From Deltaproteobacteria bacterium (GTDB taxonomy: Bacteria > Desulfobacterota > JADFVX01): a DNA stretch of 64,000 nucleotides. Positions 28,486 through 36,496 of the stretch are shown here, in pieces. The position numbers and the translations under genes are program-made. Location: NCBI GenBank assembly GCA_029860075.1, contig JAOUBX010000012.1:3654-67653 (forward strand). Direction: 5' to 3'. How positions within the stretch are numbered: the stretch's first letter is position 1; each line of letters starts with the position of its first letter. The notes under the pieces were generated by a model, which worked only from the letters and a program-made list of their open reading frames with translations, had not been told where the DNA came from and did not search any database.

Positions 28486-29673
28486 TTGGCCTTTCCGTCA
28501 GGACCTTTTCCTAATGAGTTTCGTGACAGGGCTTTCGGCAAGCCTGACAAGCCCTTTGTTGTTGTGCTCCTCTTTACCCTGTTCCTCGTTGGCGGACTGA
28601 CATTTATCATGTCTTTACGTAAACCGCCGGCTGTTGACAAGAAACATATCGTAAAGATACAAAACAGGTATGCAAAACTGGTTCTTGATGCATTTGAGAT
28701 AGAAAAAAGAAAAAAAATGAAGAAAGAGGTAAAACCTCCTTCAGAGGCGCTTAAAAAAACGGCTCAAGTTCCAGAATTGAAAAAAGAAGAACCTGAGGTA
28801 GAGAAACAAAAGGAAGAAATAAAAATAGAAATTCCAAAAGTTATAGAAAGAAAAGTAAAAAAATATGAGATCCGCAAGGAAAAGATCGAAATTGCCGAAT
28901 TGGAAAAAGAAATAAAGATCGAAACATTGCCCGATCTTCCTGATATTCTCGATAAAAAAAGCAAGCGCTATGGTGAAAGGCAGGACTCCGATGAAATAGG
29001 GCTGGACCCTGATCTTGATAAGGGTTTTAATCTTGCTGACCAGGGGCCTCATATTGACGTTTCAAGATCCAGCAGGTACGGCAGTGGCGGAAACAGGGGC
29101 AGCGGGGGACTCGATTACGAAGAAGACGAGACAAGTACCTTGCAGAGTAAGGAGCCTCAGATAGATACAAGAACGGTTAAACGGTATAAATCCAAAAGGG
29201 GCGCTTCGAAAGATTCCGGTACCGGATCGCTTGTTGCTGATATGAATGACAGGAAAGTTGTTCTGGCAAAAAAAGCGCCTCAGACAAAAGTGCTTGTGAA
29301 AAAAAGATACGGAAGAGAAAGTTACAAAAGGCGTGCTTCAAGGGAAAAAGAGAGCGCTTCTATTGCAATGAAAGAAAAGGGCGCCATTTTGAAAAAAGAG
29401 GGTAAAATGGCTTCTCTTCCCGAGAGGGCAAATATCCAGAATCTTGAAGCATGCGTTGATCCCAATGAAGAAAAAATGCTCAAGAAGAAGATTGTAACCC
29501 ATGTTGGCGATGCCGCTACCTGCAGTGATAAGTGGGGAAGTTACGCTTATCTCGGCAGGGAAATGTTTTCGACCCTTGAAGTGAGGTTTGTCAGCTCGGG
29601 AAAAAGAAGATACAACCGGTGTGAGGCCCTTAACAGGGCGCTCCAGTGCCTTATCAATAAAAATAAGAGGTGA
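28486..29673 (+). CDS. Atypical TonB/TolA-like bitopic energy-transducer candidate (Lys/Glu-rich linker, Cys-containing C-terminal domain)
   Basis: N-terminal TM anchor (FVVVLLFTLFLVGGLTFI) and a long K/E/P-rich repeat region. The C-terminal domain has 4 Cys and no canonical TonB C-terminal motif. The start codon is unclear: the RBS AAGGAGG at 28454-28460 precedes an in-frame CTG at 28468, and a TTG lies at 28486. Confidence 0.4.
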   Translation: MAFPSGPFPNEFRDRAFGKPDKPFVVVLLFTLFLVGGLTFIMSLRKPPAVDKKHIVKIQNRYAKLVLDAFEIEKRKKMKKEVKPPSEALKKTAQVPELKKEEPEVEKQKEEIKIEIPKVIERKVKKYEIRKEKIEIAELEKEIKIETLPDLPDILDKKSKRYGERQDSDEIGLDPDLDKGFNLADQGPHIDVSRSSRYGSGGNRGSGGLDYEEDETSTLQSKEPQIDTRTVKRYKSKRGASKDSGTGSLVADMNDRKVVLAKKAPQTKVLVKKRYGRESYKRRASREKESASIAMKEKGAILKKEGKMASLPERANIQNLEACVDPNEEKMLKKKIVTHVGDAATCSDKWGSYAYLGREMFSTLEVRFVSSGKRRYNRCEALNRALQCLINKNKR

Positions 29674-29676
29674 TTC

Positions 29677-31779
29677 ATGAAATTAAAGTTTGTCCTAAAT
29701 CTGCTATTGCTCTCAATGCTCTTTACGGGCACATCATTTGCTGCAAAGGGTGAACCCTCCCGGCATTGGGATGCCTTTCTCGATGTAGGCTACAGATTTA
29801 CCTTGCTTCCCGGTGATGAGCTGGAAGACCTTATAAAGGGTGAAGGCAAGAGGTATGGCCAGAGCCTTTCTCAATATGTGGCCATATTGGAATCACAAAT
29901 CGGGGGCAGGAACGCTGTCGGAACTTCCGGAGATATGAAGTTTCTTCCGCCTGATACCTTTAGGCGTGTTGCAGTAGCCCATCTCATCCTCTACCTGAAA
30001 AGCGGAAAAAAGGAACATCTCCATAAGGCTGAAAAAAAGATTTCCGTATTGGCCGGGAAAAGAAAAACACCAAGAATCATATTCTGGCATAATTTTATTC
30101 TCGCACATCAGAACCTGGTAAAGAGAGAGTCACTTGCCTTTACACACCATGTATTTAGAATCTGGAATGATGTTATTATGGAACTGGAAAAAGCCCAATC
30201 CATGCTGGGCACTAATATCGGCATTACCGGCTTTAATACAAGCCTTCCTTATCTCTATGAAAATATGGTTTTTTTAATCCTTAATCATGGCATTGTAGAA
30301 GAAAAGCTGGCCGATTTGCACCCTCTGGGCGTTATTATCTGGTCAATGAAGGATCGCCTTGAAAAGGACAAAGGTTATTACCAGCTGGCTGAAAGCGTCT
30401 GGAACCGCATGTATGGTCTCACATCGGATAATTTTAATGTCAATTATGCCATGGCCCTTCTCGAAGGTGAAACAAGGTGGCTCGATTTCGAAGCGTCAAA
30501 GTCACCGGCGGCGGCAAAGAAGCGCTTCCAGGAGGCTGAAAATTATTTCCAGTATGCGCTAAAGTGGGCTGATACGAGGAAGGGACAGGCTGCCATACTG
30601 TCGAGACTGATGGAGTCTATGACAAAGGTCTTGAACGATATGGTTCGGGGCAGAAAGAATGTTTCTCATGAGTTTTTCAGAGAGATTCCCGATTATTCCT
30701 TGTCGCTTACAGCAAGCGCAAGAACACTTTTCCTGGAAATGTCGAATGAAGATCTTATACATAATGGTGGCTGGCAGGTAGAAGGTTTTGCTGCCAGGGA
30801 CCACTATATTGATGCCATGCACTCAATCTGGCTTAATTCTTTACAGCTTGACATACTCATTGCAAGATACTACAGGCGTAGCATCAATAATGTAAAGAAG
30901 GGGCAGGAAAAAATTCATTTTATAGATCTGGCTTCACAACCCATGTTTGATTATCTTGATTTTTTTGAGGAGTTTACGCAGAACGGGCATACACCTATCG
31001 TTCCTGACAATGCGTATTTTTATGCATCCTACTTTGCTTCCGAACTGGCTGAGCTTCACCGGATGAAGGCAAATTATACGGGCGATGTGCTTGAGTATAA
31101 TATGGCTTTTATCAGACAACTCCAGGCTATCGAGATCTATCCTTTTGATGTGATTGGTGTCCTCAATCTCACCATGCAGGTATCTCAGGATGGAACATTG
31201 AATAAATATATTTCAAACGTATGGCCTATTGCCGAGAGAATTCCCGAGTCCGAAACGATTAAAAGGTGGCAGACAAAGAATAAGCTTCCCTTTATTAATG
31301 AAGTTAACAGTCTAAAGTATCTTGTTCCTGAGACGATGAGGTCTGCTCCGTCTATTATAGGCTTGCAGACAGGAGGGTCTTCCAGGAAAAGACTTATTGA
31401 GGATACCATATTACTGGCCCAGTTGATTAAACTTATCCTGCAAAGTGATGGCGCAAAAAAGATTAATCAGCTTATGGATGAAATCTCCCTTGAACTAAAC
31501 AAGGGGCTCACGCTTAAAAAGGCATTGGAAAGAAGCTTGCCAAAAGACATGATGGATAAAGCCAAGCCTGTTATTGCGCTGCTTAATTCATGTGATTACA
31601 GCAAGCTCAAAAAAGCGCTCTTTAGAAACCCTGAAAATGAGTATCATGCTCTTTTCAGGAGTTTTTACCATGAGAAGGATGAGAAGGAACTGCGTCATAT
31701 GGTACTGTTGAGAGCTTACAGGGAGAGCTGGAGCCTTCAACAGGAAATGGCAAAGAAATACAGGAAGGAAGTAAAATAA
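29677..31779 (+). CDS. Hypothetical secreted protein (700 aa, predicted alpha-helical, no recognisable domain)
   Basis: Signal peptide (LLLLSMLFTGTSFA). It starts 4 nt after the preceding stop, so it is probably co-transcribed. Confidence 0.5.
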   Translation: MKLKFVLNLLLLSMLFTGTSFAAKGEPSRHWDAFLDVGYRFTLLPGDELEDLIKGEGKRYGQSLSQYVAILESQIGGRNAVGTSGDMKFLPPDTFRRVAVAHLILYLKSGKKEHLHKAEKKISVLAGKRKTPRIIFWHNFILAHQNLVKRESLAFTHHVFRIWNDVIMELEKAQSMLGTNIGITGFNTSLPYLYENMVFLILNHGIVEEKLADLHPLGVIIWSMKDRLEKDKGYYQLAESVWNRMYGLTSDNFNVNYAMALLEGETRWLDFEASKSPAAAKKRFQEAENYFQYALKWADTRKGQAAILSRLMESMTKVLNDMVRGRKNVSHEFFREIPDYSLSLTASARTLFLEMSNEDLIHNGGWQVEGFAARDHYIDAMHSIWLNSLQLDILIARYYRRSINNVKKGQEKIHFIDLASQPMFDYLDFFEEFTQNGHTPIVPDNAYFYASYFASELAELHRMKANYTGDVLEYNMAFIRQLQAIEIYPFDVIGVLNLTMQVSQDGTLNKYISNVWPIAERIPESETIKRWQTKNKLPFINEVNSLKYLVPETMRSAPSIIGLQTGGSSRKRLIEDTILLAQLIKLILQSDGAKKINQLMDEISLELNKGLTLKKALERSLPKDMMDKAKPVIALLNSCDYSKLKKALFRNPENEYHALFRSFYHEKDEKELRHMVLLRAYRESWSLQQEMAKKYRKEVK

Positions 31780-32138
31780 ATGAAAAGGGGATGACTAAGC
31801 CAAGTCATCCCTTTTTTTATGGTGAAACAAATCCTTTTCCGATCCTGCTTTCTTGCGCAAGCCCCGGATTTGACAGTAATGAGCCGGGTGATTGCTTAAG
31901 TTGCAATGTAAAGTCAGGATTTTTTGAGAGTGTTGCCAAAGCAATCGCTTGCATTCTCTCTTTATGCCAGGTTCCCTTTCCCTGAATCCCCGTCCGGTCC
32001 ATTTCCCCCGTGTATCGGGATAAATGGGGAGGCTGGTCTTTGCGCTCATGCTCGCTATTGGCGTGGAGCGCAGCCCGAAAAGACAAAAAAGTACATCTTT
32101 CGCCTGTTTCGGGATTATCTGTCGGAGATGAGCACAAA

Positions 32139-33083
32139 CTATTTCTTAATTTGGGAGAGTTTGCTTTTTACCGCTCTGATTCGCGGGTCACCGGATTTTG
32201 CATGGGTGAGAAAGGCATTAAGCGCATCTTCAATTTTATACTCTTTTAGAATATCGGTAAAAAGAAAAGCCTTGTAGTAATAGGCGTCAGCATTTTTTCT
32301 GTCAAGGGCGATGACTTTATTAAAGTCAGCGAGCGCTTGATTCTTCATACCTTTTTTATAATAGGAGTGTGCGCGGTTCATATAGAGTTCAGGGTCATCA
32401 GAATCGAGTTCTATTGCTTTGGAATAATCTTCTATGGCATTGCCGTACCTGCCTCTTTGATAATAGCTAAAACCTCTGTTTGAATAGGCCGCTATTTTAT
32501 CGGGATCAATCTCTATTGCCCTGCTGTAATCGAGAATTGCCTTAAAATGGTCTTTTAATTCATCATGGGCGATTCCCCTGTTTACATAGGCGCCGTAATA
32601 TACGGGCTTCATATATAAAGCCGTATCATAATCCGCAATGGCTTCTTTATATTTATCCATTTCCAGGTAGGCGTTTCCCCGATTATAGTATATGACGGGA
32701 TTATCAATCCTGAAATCGAGATACTTTGTATAATCATTAACGGCTTTTCTGTGTTTTTTTAACTCCGTATAAGTGAGGGCTCTTTTATAATACAGGTCGG
32801 GGTCTTTGGGGTTTATTTCTATGGCCCTGGTCAGGTCCTTCTCGGCAGCAGCGTATTTTTCCAGTTGAATATAGGCGTCACTTCGTTCCTGATAGGCTTT
32901 AAGATTCCCCGGCTTTTTTTTAATAGCTTTTGACAGTTTCTTGATTTTTTTATTCAGATTTTGAATCATCTCCTCTTTACTGCCGGCCGTTGTTGTGCCG
33001 CACCCTGCCGTATAAAGCACAGTAAGCAGGCAGAGAGAACAGGCAATGAAGAGCCTTTTGCTAATAATTTGATTTGTCATATG
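32139..33083 (-). CDS. Tetratricopeptide-repeat lipoprotein
   Basis: Start chosen at MTNQII. Lipobox (YTAGCG). It has multiple TPR units (e.g. AYYNRGNAYLEMDKYKEAIADYDTAL). Confidence 0.7.
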   Translation of the reverse strand, partial: HMTNQIISKRLFIACSLCLLTVLYTAGCGTTTAGSKEEMIQNLNKKIKKLSKAIKKKPGNLKAYQERSDAYIQLEKYAAAEKDLTRAIEINPKDPDLYYKRALTYTELKKHRKAVNDYTKYLDFRIDNPVIYYNRGNAYLEMDKYKEAIADYDTALYMKPVYYGAYVNRGIAHDELKDHFKAILDYSRAIEIDPDKIAAYSNRGFSYYQRGRYGNAIEDYSKAIELDSDDPELYMNRAHSYYKKGMKNQALADFNKVIALDRKNADAYYYKAFLFTDILKEYKIEDALNAFLTHAKSGDPRIRAVKSKLSQIKK

Positions 33084-33374
33084 AGTCCCGTATTTTATTG
33101 ACGTTTTTAAAAAGAACATGGATATCATAAAATGAAGAAATCTTCAAGGGATTATATGGAAAAGCCTGATTCCCTGCAAGAAAACTTTTATTCTATTTGT
33201 TTGGAAGTAGTGTATTATTAAAGCGTTCGAAAAAATTCTTATTGTTCAAGATACGAGGAGAAATCTTAACGATCTCTCACTACCTTCGAAACAAGTATTC
33301 CTCCTTTTACTCGAAATGACACACTGCTGCAATTGCCTAATCGGACAACAGTGAAGGAAAGATGATAATAAAAT

Positions 33375-33581
33375 ATGGATGAATTCAAAATACATGGAGA
33401 ATATATCGAATTGGTTAAACTCCTTAAAGCGGCTGCCTGGTGCGATACGGGGGGGATGGCAAAACTGGCTGTTTCTGATGGTCTGGTCAAGGTTGACGGA
33501 CAGGTGGAACTGAGAAAAGGACGTAAAATTAAGAAGGGACAGATAGTTACTTTCCAACAATACTCAGTTCATATTGTCTGA
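33375..33581 (+). CDS. S4-domain RNA-binding protein (YbcJ family)
   Basis: 68 aa with a conserved YbcJ-like block (GEYIELVKLLKAAAWCDTGGMAKLAVSDGLVKVDGQVELRKGRKI). Confidence 0.8.
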   Translation: MDEFKIHGEYIELVKLLKAAAWCDTGGMAKLAVSDGLVKVDGQVELRKGRKIKKGQIVTFQQYSVHIV

Positions 33582-33621
33582 TAAATTGATAAAAAAAAAG
33601 ATATGACTGTAGATAGAGCGT

Positions 33622-33852
33622 TTATCCACAGTTTGAACGTTCGCCTGTGGATATCATGGTGCCAAGTGAGAGCTTAAATAATATAATAAGAGACGTTCCT
33701 CTCTTTTGATGCCTCTGCCATGTCTAACCTGTTGAAATATTAGCGTAATTTTATTTATATCGGTGTGCTTAAAAAATAGGCAATCTGCTCTGAGTGGCGG
33801 TTTGATGGTAGCTTGGAAGTTAAAATAAAAAAAAACAGACAACTTATCCACA
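33622..33852. promoter_or_regulatory. Cluster of three DnaA boxes in an AT-rich convergent intergenic spacer
   Basis: TTATCCACA at 33622-33630 (+) and again at 33844-33852 (+). The reverse complement of ATATCCACA lies at 33646-33654 (-). AT-rich tracts flank them. No ORF and no obvious promoter target: the spacer lies between two gene 3' ends. Confidence 0.35.
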
Positions 33853-33888
33853 GATTTTGTGTAAAAAGTTTGTAAGTTCCCTCTTTAT

Positions 33889-34845
33889 CTATAAATTTTG
33901 TTTTTTAGCATTATTATGATCTTCTTTGGGCGCTGATTTTTCTTTTGACAACGGGACAGGGATTCCAAGCCCTTCATCAATAATCTTGCGAAAGAACTCC
34001 CCCTCCGGCGTGTCAATCCCTTCTTCCCTGGCCAGTTGACGGGCTTTTTCCCAAATTGTTTCATGGGACAATCCATTTTTATGCACTTCCATATAAAGCC
34101 TGTTTTTAAAATAGCCGAATTTGACAGGAATGTTTACAATTTTAACAGGCATTCCCCGGTAGGCCTTATGGAATAGCCATTTAATATTTTCCCTGGAAAG
34201 TCTTATACAGCCGAGGCTTACCTTTTTGCCTATGCTGGCGGCTTTATTTGTGCCATGAATACCGTAACCTTCAAGGTCCAATTGAATCCAGTAGCGGCCA
34301 AGTGGATTCCTGGCGCCCGGTGGAACTGCCATTGGGAGATAGGGGAAAAATTTTCTCGAAGTCTTCGGTGGAAACCATATGGGATCTTTAAGCTTTTCAG
34401 TCACCCTGAAGTTGCCTGTTGGTGTTTCATATCCGGAACGGCCTATTCCTATGGGAAATGTTCTTATTTGAGTGCTGTCGTAATTTGCCGGCTCAAAAAA
34501 ATAGAGTCTCAGTTCAGCCAGATTAATTAATATCCCTTCATCCATAACAACAGGCAATATCCATGAAGTCGGTATAATGATCTCTTCTCCTGAAACAGGT
34601 CTGTTTGCGTCAATCCGGGGATTGGCTTCTCTAATTTCAATATGACCAACATCATAGACCCTGGCAATTTCCGACAGAGATTTACTCCCGGCATAAATAA
34701 GATTGATGGTTTCACCTATGAGGGGAGGTGCTGATTCATCATTGATTCTATGGATCAAGAAGGATGCCTTGTCAGCAAAACATGTATTAACAAACAGTAT
34801 ATTTATGGTGATAAAAATTAGTAATTGAATCCCCGGCCTGTACAT
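33889..34845 (-). CDS. L,D-transpeptidase (YkuD/ErfK family) with an N-terminal LysM-like domain
   Basis: Start chosen at MYRPGIQLLIF (signal peptide). The catalytic block is HGTN...SLGCIRL. The longer ORF to 34983 is probably an over-extension into the repeat element. Confidence 0.8.
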   Translation of the reverse strand: MYRPGIQLLIFITINILFVNTCFADKASFLIHRINDESAPPLIGETINLIYAGSKSLSEIARVYDVGHIEIREANPRIDANRPVSGEEIIIPTSWILPVVMDEGILINLAELRLYFFEPANYDSTQIRTFPIGIGRSGYETPTGNFRVTEKLKDPIWFPPKTSRKFFPYLPMAVPPGARNPLGRYWIQLDLEGYGIHGTNKAASIGKKVSLGCIRLSRENIKWLFHKAYRGMPVKIVNIPVKFGYFKNRLYMEVHKNGLSHETIWEKARQLAREEGIDTPEGEFFRKIIDEGLGIPVPLSKEKSAPKEDHNNAKKQNL

Positions 34846-34986
34846 TTCCCGCCCTTTATGGGGGGAAGCGGGGAACCTCCCTTGTGCATTCATAGCCCGC
34901 TGCCTGCGGTGAGGTGGCTCGTTAAATAGCGTGTAAAATAAATTAAATGCCATACCTTTTGTTCTGAAGAAAAGTTTTTTCACTCT

Positions 34987-35129
34987 TTAATTAGTTTTCA
35001 TCGGTCAAGGGTGCTTTTTCGCAATCTCTGCGTCAATCTTCAGATTTGCTTGACCTTGCAAAAAATCCCTCCTTTCCAAATTGAAAACAAAGTTTGATCC
35101 ACCATAGTTGACCGATGGACACTAATTAA
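34987..35129. mobile_element. MITE-like element, copy 2 (143 bp, ~22-bp imperfect terminal inverted repeats, TA-rich flanking repeat)
   Basis: The 5' end TTAATTAGTTTTCATCGGTCAA matches the reverse complement of the 3' end (TTAATTAGTGTCCATCGGTCAA), 20 of 22 positions. It has no coding capacity. The flanking direct repeat is TAATTA. Confidence 0.5.
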
Positions 35130-35517
35130 GTTTATCCCGCTGTTGCTAAAAAAATTTAAAAAGAAAACCTTCTATCTTTCCCTCAATGGTTAGCGTATTC
35201 TTATAATGGAAAGAATAACAGAAATTGAATATTTTTCATTAAACTTATGATGTTTTTCAGCTCTTTATTTATGAAATTGTTTGTGACTGAATCCCCGGCA
35301 CTTGTCTTTTCCCCCGTTGATGGAGATAAAGCGGCCGTCTGTCAACCTGCTTATCGTTCTTTATTTTCGGCGGGCAGTTGATTTTAGGGATCCCATTCCT
35401 GTGAATAATAAATAAACAATCTCATTTTTTTATAGATACTCTTTATAGGACATGCTTCATTATGGTATAAAAGGTAAAAATGGATTGATATTTTTCCGAA
35501 AATGCAGGTAAGACTTT

Positions 35518-35880
35518 ATGGGTTTTAAGTTTTTGTCATTTGTTTTTGCATACCTTGCCGCAGGCGCCTTTTCCCGGTTCCCGCAGCTTGAACCGTCATC
35601 TTTGCTTATTCAGGGTATGGCGCTTTGTTATATTCTTGGCGGTTTTACACTTTCATTTGCCCTCTGGACAAAAAAAGGGTGGGTACTCTATTCCTTTATC
35701 TTCTGGTCTCTTTTATCAATTGCCTTTATGTTTGTTTTACAGCAGGGGCAATTGCGGATGTCATGGTCCGAATTTGCCGCTTCCCTTGCCACCATTGTTT
35801 TAATCCAGTTTTTACTTGGTCTCTATATTAAAAGATCCATGGCGCTGGAAAAGGGTATGGAAGATACTCTAAAGGACTAA
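35518..35880 (+). CDS. Hypothetical small membrane protein (4 predicted TM)
   Basis: 120 aa, hydrophobic throughout, upstream of the receiver-domain gene. Confidence 0.4.
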   Translation: MGFKFLSFVFAYLAAGAFSRFPQLEPSSLLIQGMALCYILGGFTLSFALWTKKGWVLYSFIFWSLLSIAFMFVLQQGQLRMSWSEFAASLATIVLIQFLLGLYIKRSMALEKGMEDTLKD

Positions 35881-36056
35881 GGTCTATTACCGCAAATACC
35901 GTCGCTCCATCACCTTCAGGAAGTAAAATCATCCTTCCCTCCTGAAAACTGTTTCCCTCTGAAAGCGTGCAATGAATTTGTTGTTGAAAAAAGTTGAATG
36001 ATCTGTAAAATGTTTAGACTTTTTGAAAGAGAAATCGTATACTTGGTGCCACAAAG

Positions 36057-36464
36057 ATGAAGATGGAAAGAAAAATATTAATAGGCAAAAAAGTGCTCAT
36101 TGTAGATGATTGCAGTCCTCTCAATGAGGTTATTTCAAAATTTTGTACCATGTGGGGCGCCCATCCTCTGCTGGCTATCAATGCTGATGAAATGATGGAA
36201 ATATGGAAGGAAGAAAATCCCGACCTTATTCTTTTACATCTTCATACGGCGGGAATGGAGAACTTTGATAAATGCAGGGCCATCAAATCACTGCATGATA
36301 CAAATGTATCCATTCTGCTTACCTCTTCCGATCATTTTGAGTTAAAGAATGCAGTGTTTAAGGAGCCGGAACTTTTTGATGATTATCTGCCAAAACCTTA
36401 TCACATAAACCAGTTTTATGAAAAGGCCGTCCGTTTAATTCAAAAGGGAAAAAGGGTAAGTTGA
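36057..36464 (+). CDS. Single-domain response-regulator receiver protein lacking the phospho-acceptor Asp (pseudo-receiver)
   Basis: The CheY-like fold markers are present: the acidic pair VLIVDD, T/S (ILLTSS) and the K of LPKPY. At the D57-equivalent position the sequence is PDLILLHLH, so Asp is replaced by His. Confidence 0.7.
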   Translation: MKMERKILIGKKVLIVDDCSPLNEVISKFCTMWGAHPLLAINADEMMEIWKEENPDLILLHLHTAGMENFDKCRAIKSLHDTNVSILLTSSDHFELKNAVFKEPELFDDYLPKPYHINQFYEKAVRLIQKGKRVS

Positions 36465-36496
36465 TTATCCCCTTACGCTTGTTTTGGTAACCGAGA

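Noticed and set aside
28741-29052. Minus-strand ORFs (103 aa and 66 aa) rich in Phe/Leu inside the Lys/Glu-rich region of the TonB/TolA-like gene
   Set aside because: It is the reverse-complement translation of a GAA/AAA-rich coding repeat. It is an artefact.
33582-33888. This spacer as the chromosomal replication origin (oriC)
   Set aside because: It cannot be called oriC from the window alone. There is no dnaA/dnaN/gyrB context here and only three boxes. I kept it as a DnaA-box cluster finding rather than annotating an origin.
34846-34983. N-terminal 46-aa extension of the L,D-transpeptidase ORF
   Set aside because: The extension runs into the MITE-like repeat and lacks signal-peptide logic. 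The internal Met (MYRPGIQLLIF…) gives a proper signal peptide.
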